Shown here: piece after piece, positions 56,215-61,591 of the stretch | Position numbering within the stretch: position 1 is the stretch's first letter | Layout: each line of letters starts with the position of its first letter | Assembly: GCA_002868855.1 (NCBI GenBank) | Contig: PKUM01000054.1 | Span: forward strand, 1-61,591 | Direction: 5' to 3' | Source of the DNA: Chromatiales bacterium | GTDB taxonomy: Bacteria; Pseudomonadota; Gammaproteobacteria; Steroidobacterales; BM003 | Length of the DNA stretch: 61,591 bases | Position numbers and translations under genes: made by a program | The notes under the pieces: model-generated | What the model saw: the letters and a program-made list of their open reading frames with translations, nothing else | The model's database searches: none | Told to the model about the DNA's origin: nothing

Positions 56215-58215
56215 ATGGCAAAAAGGCGCTCAGGCACGACAAACAAGGCTCCGCGGCGAAGATTCGACGCGCGTCCCGATGGCATCGACTTTCGTGACCA
56301 GATGTTTCAGCCGACCCTTGTCGAGGTTCCTCCGCGCATTCCGCTGGAGGACTATCTGAAATGCGATCCGCCGCTGCTCGATCAGGGCGTCGAAGGCGCT
56401 TGCACCGGTTTCGGGCTTGCCGCGGTTTGTCACTACCTGCTGAGAAACCGCCGGATCGAACCGGACAACACCCCGGTAAGCGCGCGGATGCTGTATGAGA
56501 TGGCGCGCCGATACGACGAATGGCCGGGAGAGGAATACGAGGGCTCGAGCGCGCGCGGCGCCATGAAAGGCTGGCACAAGCACGGCGTATGTTCCGAAGC
56601 GCTGTGGCCGCACGTCGCAGGCCAGCGCGATATGCGGCTCGGCACCAGGCGCAGCCGAAATGCCGCGCAGCGCCCTCTGGGCGCCTATTTCCGAGTCAAC
56701 CACAAGGACCTGGTGGCGATGCATGCAGCACTGGCCGAGGTCGGGATCCTGTTTGCCACCGCGCTCGTCCACAGCGGGTGGAACAGGGTCGATGGCGACG
56801 GCAATATTCCGCGGCACCGGCGAATGCTCGGCGGCCATGCGTTCGCGATCGTTGCCTATGACGAAGACGGCTTCTGGATTCAGAACTCCTGGGGCTCGGC
56901 CTGGGGCAAAGGCGGATTTGCGCGAATAACCTATTCCGACTGGCTGGACAACGGGATGGACGCCTGGGTTGCCCGGCTCGGCGCACCCATTCGCATGTTT
57001 GACAGCGACATCGTGCCCGGCCGCGGTACCGGCATTGCGACGACCAGTCTGGCGTTCGAGGATATACGGCCGCATCTGATCAGCATTGGCAACGAGGGAA
57101 CATTGCGGAAGAGCGGTACATTCGGCAATGACCGGCGCGTCGTGGAGGACATTTTCCGCGGGCATTTTCCGCGAATCACCAGGAACTGGCGACGCAAGCG
57201 ACTTTTGCTCTACGCACACGGCGGCCTGGTCCCCGAAAAGAACGCCATCCAGCGAGTGGAGAATTATCTTGAGGCGCTTCGCGGCTCGCAGGTCTATCCG
57301 GTCGCGTTCATCTGGAACACCGATTTCTGGAGCACTATCCGGAATATCCTCGAAGACGCGCTACGGCGCCGGCGCAGCGAAGGCCTCCTCGGCGATGCCA
57401 AGGACTTCATGCTCGACCGGGTCGACGATGCGCTCGAGCCGCTCGCCCGGGTCTTATCCGGAAAGCTGCAATGGGGTGAAATGAAAGAGAACGCGCTGCG
57501 CGCGAGCACGCGCGAGGATGGCGGTGCACGACTGGTCGCCGCAGAGATCGCGGCACTCGCGGCGCGCGAACCCGGCCTCGAAATCCATATCGCCGGGCAC
57601 AGCGCGGGCAGCATCTTCTGCGCGCCGCTCATCCAGCTTCTTTGCAGCGATGGCAAAATCGAAGCCGGACCTATGCGCGGCGAGCAGGGTCATGGCCTGA
57701 ATGTCGGCCACTGCAGTCTGTGGGCGCCTGCATGCACGGTGTCATTGTTCAAGCAGACCTATCTCCCCGCGATCGATTCGCGCAGGCTATCGACGTTCGC
57801 ATTGTTCAACCTCAACGACGATACTGAGCGCGACGACCATTGCGCCCGGATTTACAACAAATCGCTTCTGTACCTCGTCTCGAACGCGTTCGAGGAACGG
57901 CAACGTATCCCGGTCATGCGCGAGCACGGCGAACCTCTGCTCGGCCTCGACAAATTTGTCACGCGCGACCGCGGCCTGCAAAAGTTGTTGCGGCACCGAT
58001 TCGCGGAGTATGTGATCGCACCCAACACCAACGCAATCGGACACAAGGATGCATCGCATGCACGTAAACACGGCGACTTCGACGACGATGTCGCAACGGT
58101 CAAAGCGACGCTGGCGCGAATAACCGGGGTAAAGGAATTCCGGCGCGCACTGCACTTTCCGCGCTCGAAATCATCGACCCGCGACCGCCGCAGGACCCTC
58201 GCGCGAAAGCTCTAG
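56215..58215 (+). CDS. Fusion protein: N-terminal papain-like (C1) cysteine peptidase + C-terminal alpha/beta-hydrolase (GxSxG) domain; no signal peptide
   Basis: ATG at 56215 (MAKRRSGTTNK...). C1 motifs: DQGVEGACTGFGLAAV (Cys), GGHAFAIVAYD (His) and WIQNSWGSAWGKGGF. The second half has LLLYAHGGL, IAGHSAGS, LWAPA and KHGDFDDD. Confidence 0.8.
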   Translation: MAKRRSGTTNKAPRRRFDARPDGIDFRDQMFQPTLVEVPPRIPLEDYLKCDPPLLDQGVEGACTGFGLAAVCHYLLRNRRIEPDNTPVSARMLYEMARRYDEWPGEEYEGSSARGAMKGWHKHGVCSEALWPHVAGQRDMRLGTRRSRNAAQRPLGAYFRVNHKDLVAMHAALAEVGILFATALVHSGWNRVDGDGNIPRHRRMLGGHAFAIVAYDEDGFWIQNSWGSAWGKGGFARITYSDWLDNGMDAWVARLGAPIRMFDSDIVPGRGTGIATTSLAFEDIRPHLISIGNEGTLRKSGTFGNDRRVVEDIFRGHFPRITRNWRRKRLLLYAHGGLVPEKNAIQRVENYLEALRGSQVYPVAFIWNTDFWSTIRNILEDALRRRRSEGLLGDAKDFMLDRVDDALEPLARVLSGKLQWGEMKENALRASTREDGGARLVAAEIAALAAREPGLEIHIAGHSAGSIFCAPLIQLLCSDGKIEAGPMRGEQGHGLNVGHCSLWAPACTVSLFKQTYLPAIDSRRLSTFALFNLNDDTERDDHCARIYNKSLLYLVSNAFEERQRIPVMREHGEPLLGLDKFVTRDRGLQKLLRHRFAEYVIAPNTNAIGHKDASHARKHGDFDDDVATVKATLARITGVKEFRRALHFPRSKSSTRDRRRTLARKL

Positions 58216-58299
58216 CGAGGACCAGTACACTGCTGCCCGATTCACGCGATAGAATCGGATCTTCGTATTTGCATGCCGGGCCGGGAAGAGACAAGCACC

Positions 58300-58740
58300 A
58301 TGAATTCAAAACTCGCTTGCCTACTCATTGCCGTCGTCACCGCTGCGCTCGGTGCCTGCGGATCGGCTGACGACAGCGCGGAATCCGCGACCAACAAAGA
58401 GGCTGCGCCGATGGCTGCAGTAACAGGCAACGTTTTCTACCTGCAGCGAATCGCGCTGCCGGACGATGCTCAGGTACGGGTGACGCTGGCCGACGTCTCG
58501 AAGATGGACGTCGCAGCCGAGGTAATCGCCGAGCAGACTCTGTACGGGCCGCTACAGGTGCCGGTTCCGTTCCGCCTCGAGTACGATCCTGCGCGGATCG
58601 ACGAACGCATGAGCTATTCCATCCAGGCGCGGATCGAAAGCGGCGGAAAATTGTTGTTTATCACGACCGAGAGCCACCCGGTGATAACCCGGGGGAACCC
58701 CATCGAGCTTGAGGTCCGCGTCGATCCCGTCAAACGCTGA
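58300..58740 (+). CDS. YbaY-family lipoprotein
   Basis: ATG at 58300. Lipobox AALGACGS. VTGNVFYLQRIALPDDAQVRVTLADVS...PFRLEYDP..ID....YSIQARI matches YbaY-type lipoproteins. Confidence 0.75.
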   Translation: MNSKLACLLIAVVTAALGACGSADDSAESATNKEAAPMAAVTGNVFYLQRIALPDDAQVRVTLADVSKMDVAAEVIAEQTLYGPLQVPVPFRLEYDPARIDERMSYSIQARIESGGKLLFITTESHPVITRGNPIELEVRVDPVKR

Positions 58741-58758
58741 GTCGCGCCGCGCTCGGGA

Positions 58759-59511
58759 TTACTCTGCCCGGGCTGCGGGCGGGCGGCGCACCCATATCCA
58801 GCCCTCCCGGCGCGCCAGTTCGAGATTTTCCGGAGGCATCGAGCGTCCGGACAGAAAATCCTGCCCGGCGAGGACGCACAACATCGCATCGAATGCGTCT
58901 GCACTCTCGGTTGCCGCCGCCACACCCGGAGCGATCTCGAGTTCATCTCCCAGGGCGTCGAGCAGCCCATCGCGGATATGGCGCTGATGCCTTCCCTTGT
59001 AACCCGTGCATTGCAAACCGCGCACCGACAATGTCGCCGCCGGATAGACCTCGATGACACCGATTTCGAGCAGATGCCCCCAACCCCACAACAGCGGTAC
59101 CGGCTGGTCGCATAACTCGCGTACCCGATCCAGCAGTCGCAGCGCGGCATGGGCCGCCCGGGCAATTCGATCGGCGGCTACATCGAGCGGCTGCTTGCCA
59201 ACCTTGTCCCTGACGAAGCGGTCGGTAGAGCGACGAAAAACAACGTTGGGCTCGACGGTGATCGGCTCACCGGCGCGGTGTCCGGCCAGCGACTGCGCAA
59301 ACGGCAGCGGCCATCCGAGCGGGGCATCCAGCGCCAGCAATCCGCTGTGCCGACCCTTCAGCCAACCGGCGATGATCGTGGCCGGATCCTCGCTGCGGCC
59401 CGTGGTCGCCTCGACGATCCTCGCCCCCGAGGTGCCCAGCTCAGCGAGGGCAATACCGACATTGGCCGGTTGCGCCGCACAATCGACGCCAATTATGCGA
59501 ATAGCCGTCAT
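58759..59511 (-). CDS. DUF429 family protein (predicted RNase H-like nuclease)
   Basis: IIGVDCAA..., LALDAPLGWP, EVYPAAT, DAFDAMLCVLAG and EGWIWV are the usual DUF429 landmarks. Confidence 0.7.
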   Translation of the reverse strand: MTAIRIIGVDCAAQPANVGIALAELGTSGARIVEATTGRSEDPATIIAGWLKGRHSGLLALDAPLGWPLPFAQSLAGHRAGEPITVEPNVVFRRSTDRFVRDKVGKQPLDVAADRIARAAHAALRLLDRVRELCDQPVPLLWGWGHLLEIGVIEVYPAATLSVRGLQCTGYKGRHQRHIRDGLLDALGDELEIAPGVAAATESADAFDAMLCVLAGQDFLSGRSMPPENLELARREGWIWVRRPPAARAE

Positions 59512-59563
59512 CGCGTAAACCCGTGCCGGCGCAGTCGGCCCGTAAATGCCGTGGCCAGTTTTT

Positions 59564-61288
59564 TCATTGCGGACGCTCCAGCCACGCCTCTACATGGCGG
59601 CGCAGCAGCCTGAGTGGCACGGTGCCGTTTTCCAGCACCCGGTCATGAAATTCGCGAATGTCGAAATCCTCGCCAAGCGCCTTCTCGGCTTCGCGGCGCA
59701 GCGCAACAATCTCCAGCGCGCCCGAATCGTACGAAGTCAGTTGCCCCGGCAGAATGGCAATACGGTCGACCATCTGGTCGAGCTGCTCCGGCGAGAAACG
59801 TCCCGACTCACCCATGAATCTGCGCGCTTTGTCACGCGACCAGCCCATCAGATGCAGGCCGGGATCGACGACCATGCCCCGTGCCGGCCAAGCGCGCCGC
59901 GAAATCAATGCAGTCGTGGTCTGGTACAAGCCCATCTCCTCGGCCAGTGCTTCGGAATAACGTGCCCAGCCTTCGCCAAACCCGGAGTAGAAAACGATTC
60001 CTGTGATGCGATGGAGATCATCGCGATCCTGGGCAATCGCTATCTGCGTGTGATGCCCGGGATAGGCCTCGTGAAAGGCAACGATCTCGGCGCCGCCCCT
60101 GCTACTTTTCTGCGGCTGGTCGCGGTTGATGCGGTAGACCCCCGGCCGATCTTTGCTGCCCGGCTCGTATCGCGAGGAAACACCCGTGCCTTCCTGATAG
60201 TCGGGATAAGGCTCGACAACGACCGTCCGGGTCGGCTTGATCCCGAACCACTGGTCGAGCCGGCCCTCGGCCCCTGCCACGGCAGCGCGCGCAAAGTCCA
60301 GCATCTCGTCCTTGCTGGAAAACCGGTCTGCCTTGTCGTCCTTCACGTGGGCGATGATCTCGGTAAAGTCATCGAGGCCGTACTCAATCCGGCCGAGCTC
60401 GATGACCCGCGCGCGATTGGCCTCCACCGTGCTGCGGCCGAGCGCATAGACTTCCTCACCGCTGCGCCCCAGCGTCGTATAGCTGCGCAAGGAGGCTTCG
60501 TAGCACTCCCTGCCACCCGGATTGGCGGTCACCGACAGCGCCTCGCGAGCTGCCGCGAGGTAGGTATCAGCGAGAAAGTCATGGTAGCGCCTGACCGCCG
60601 GGAGTATTTGCTCGGCCGTCAGCTTTTCCAGCGCTGCGGCGAACTCGGGCGAGCCGTCTCGTCGGGCCGGGGATAAAAACGGCGACTCATCCGGCGCCAT
60701 CCGCCACAACGCGTCAACCTGGGCGATGACTCTGCGCACCACGGACTGCGGCGCCGAGTAACCAGCCTCCAGCCCGCGCCGAAGATTCTCAATCTCCTGG
60801 TCGATGTATCCGGCAAGCCCGGAGAATCGGTCGAGCGCCTGGGCGCGAAGTTCGTCAGTACCCACGGGCTGCAGGTCCGCCACCAGCGGGTAATTGAGCT
60901 GCCAGCCGTCCATCTGGTTGACGTTCCACAACGGCCACTTACATACCCTTAGATCGCGAGCGGACTCGAGCGCCTGCTCCAGGATCCCGTAGGTGATCCA
61001 TTCAACCCGGCCCCTGAGCAAATCCGGATCGATCGCGTTGAGCTCGGCCAGTATCTCGTCATCCTCGCGTTGCGCACGCGCCAGCGCGGCCGGCGAGTTA
61101 TCGCTGATAGCATCGTGGCGTGCTATTTCAACACCGGCAAAATAGGCCGTCTCCGGTGCGCGCCGAAGCACCAGGTCGTAATAGCGATCAGCTAGCCGAT
61201 TTACGCTTGCGGCGGCCGCATCCGCTTCGATCGCCACGCCAGGAGACGCCGCGAACACCATGCCCAACACCAACAAGAACCGATGCAT
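59564..61288 (-). CDS. DUF885 family secreted protein (gluzincin-like)
   Basis: Signal peptide [19 protein letters not shown] and the HEAYPGHH motif. Confidence 0.8.
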   Translation of the reverse strand: MHRFLLVLGMVFAASPGVAIEADAAAASVNRLADRYYDLVLRRAPETAYFAGVEIARHDAISDNSPAALARAQREDDEILAELNAIDPDLLRGRVEWITYGILEQALESARDLRVCKWPLWNVNQMDGWQLNYPLVADLQPVGTDELRAQALDRFSGLAGYIDQEIENLRRGLEAGYSAPQSVVRRVIAQVDALWRMAPDESPFLSPARRDGSPEFAAALEKLTAEQILPAVRRYHDFLADTYLAAAREALSVTANPGGRECYEASLRSYTTLGRSGEEVYALGRSTVEANRARVIELGRIEYGLDDFTEIIAHVKDDKADRFSSKDEMLDFARAAVAGAEGRLDQWFGIKPTRTVVVEPYPDYQEGTGVSSRYEPGSKDRPGVYRINRDQPQKSSRGGAEIVAFHEAYPGHHTQIAIAQDRDDLHRITGIVFYSGFGEGWARYSEALAEEMGLYQTTTALISRRAWPARGMVVDPGLHLMGWSRDKARRFMGESGRFSPEQLDQMVDRIAILPGQLTSYDSGALEIVALRREAEKALGEDFDIREFHDRVLENGTVPLRLLRRHVEAWLERPQ

Positions 61289-61591
61289 CCAATGCCCTCT
61301 GTAGCGTGCGGCGGAAACTTCCCGGCGCCACCATGATTAGAACCCGCTCCCGGCGCAGCATAGAGATGCGCCGTTCTTTTGCAAGCGCCAATACATAATC
61401 CCGGCCGTCGGTATGGTCCAGCCCGAGCCGGCGAATGCGCGGATTGCGGCTTTCGTTTTCGATTCCGCCCTCGTTGTAAAACCGAACGACCGCTTCAAGC
61501 GCGGGAAGTGAGCCGTCGTGCATGTACGGCGCGGTCAATGCAACATTTCTGAGCGACGGCGTTCGATATTTCCAGCGATCCGTCGGGCGGC
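61188..61591 (-). CDS. Di-haem cytochrome c peroxidase/MauG family, C-terminal part (5' end beyond the window)
   Basis: The frame is open to the right edge. [37 protein letters not shown] is the conserved CCP C-terminal block. The C-terminal tail overlaps the DUF885 start by about 100 nt. Confidence 0.75.
   Translation of the reverse strand, partial: RPTDRWKYRTPSLRNVALTAPYMHDGSLPALEAVVRFYNEGGIENESRNPRIRRLGLDHTDGRDYVLALAKERRISMLRRERVLIMVAPGSFRRTLQRALDASVLVGVGHGVRGVSWRGDRSGCGRRKRKSAS

Noticed and set aside
59546-60676. 376-aa plus-strand ORF.
   Set aside because: It is antisense to the DUF885 gene (HEAYPGHH motif, signal peptide) and has no motifs of its own.
1-61591. Scan for CRISPR arrays, rRNA/tRNA genes, integrases, transposases, IS inverted repeats and phage or plasmid modules.
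   Set aside because: I saw no regularly spaced direct repeats, no tRNA or rRNA signatures and no recombinase-like ORFs. The window looks like core or accessory chromosome rather than a mobile element.

Overview
The window is a GC-rich chromosomal segment that looks gammaproteobacterial, with about 55 protein genes on both strands. I found no rRNA, tRNA, CRISPR array, integrase or transposase, so nothing marks it as an obvious mobile island. Many of the long ORFs in the six-frame track are antisense shadows of real genes, as expected at this GC content.

Readily recognisable genes:
- DNA metabolism and regulation: sbcDC preceded by a WYL regulator, a hotdog thioesterase, a DRG-like GTPase, an Uup-type ABC-F ATPase and an orphan ParA-like ATPase.
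- Peptidases and hydrolases: an amidohydrolase, two M3 peptidases (one Dcp-like), an MBL-fold hydrolase and DUF885.
- Signalling and transport: a CASTOR/POLLUX-like channel, and a hybrid histidine kinase with a CheY-like receiver.
- Lipid and small-molecule metabolism: a YfcG-like GST, PaaK, a fatty-acid desaturase and cardiolipin synthase.
- A partial cytochrome c peroxidase at the right edge.

A large share of the products carry signal peptides or lipoboxes, so the region is rich in envelope proteins.

Items most worth a second look:
1. A GEMM-I (c-di-GMP-I) riboswitch-like leader sits directly upstream of a compact Csu/sigma-type chaperone-usher pilus operon (17.6-22.3 kb).
2. A 570-bp ORF-poor gap (45.7-46.3 kb) ends in a clean plus-strand intrinsic terminator and is enriched in ACGGA/CGGAT motifs. 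It is a candidate Csr/Rsm-type sRNA.
3. A secreted protein with FAM20/four-jointed-like kinase motifs is translationally coupled to a secreted metallophosphoesterase (14.3-16.8 kb).
4. A cytoplasmic papain-like (C1) peptidase is fused to an alpha/beta-hydrolase domain (56.2-58.2 kb), with a DUF429 nuclease-like gene nearby.
5. A DUF805 / DUF1326 / DUF2182 cluster carries Cys-rich and Met-rich motifs.
6. An SPFH-Arc gene pair lies behind an AT-rich promoter island with a perfect 9-bp inverted repeat.

All functional calls rest on motif recognition by eye. No database search was run.
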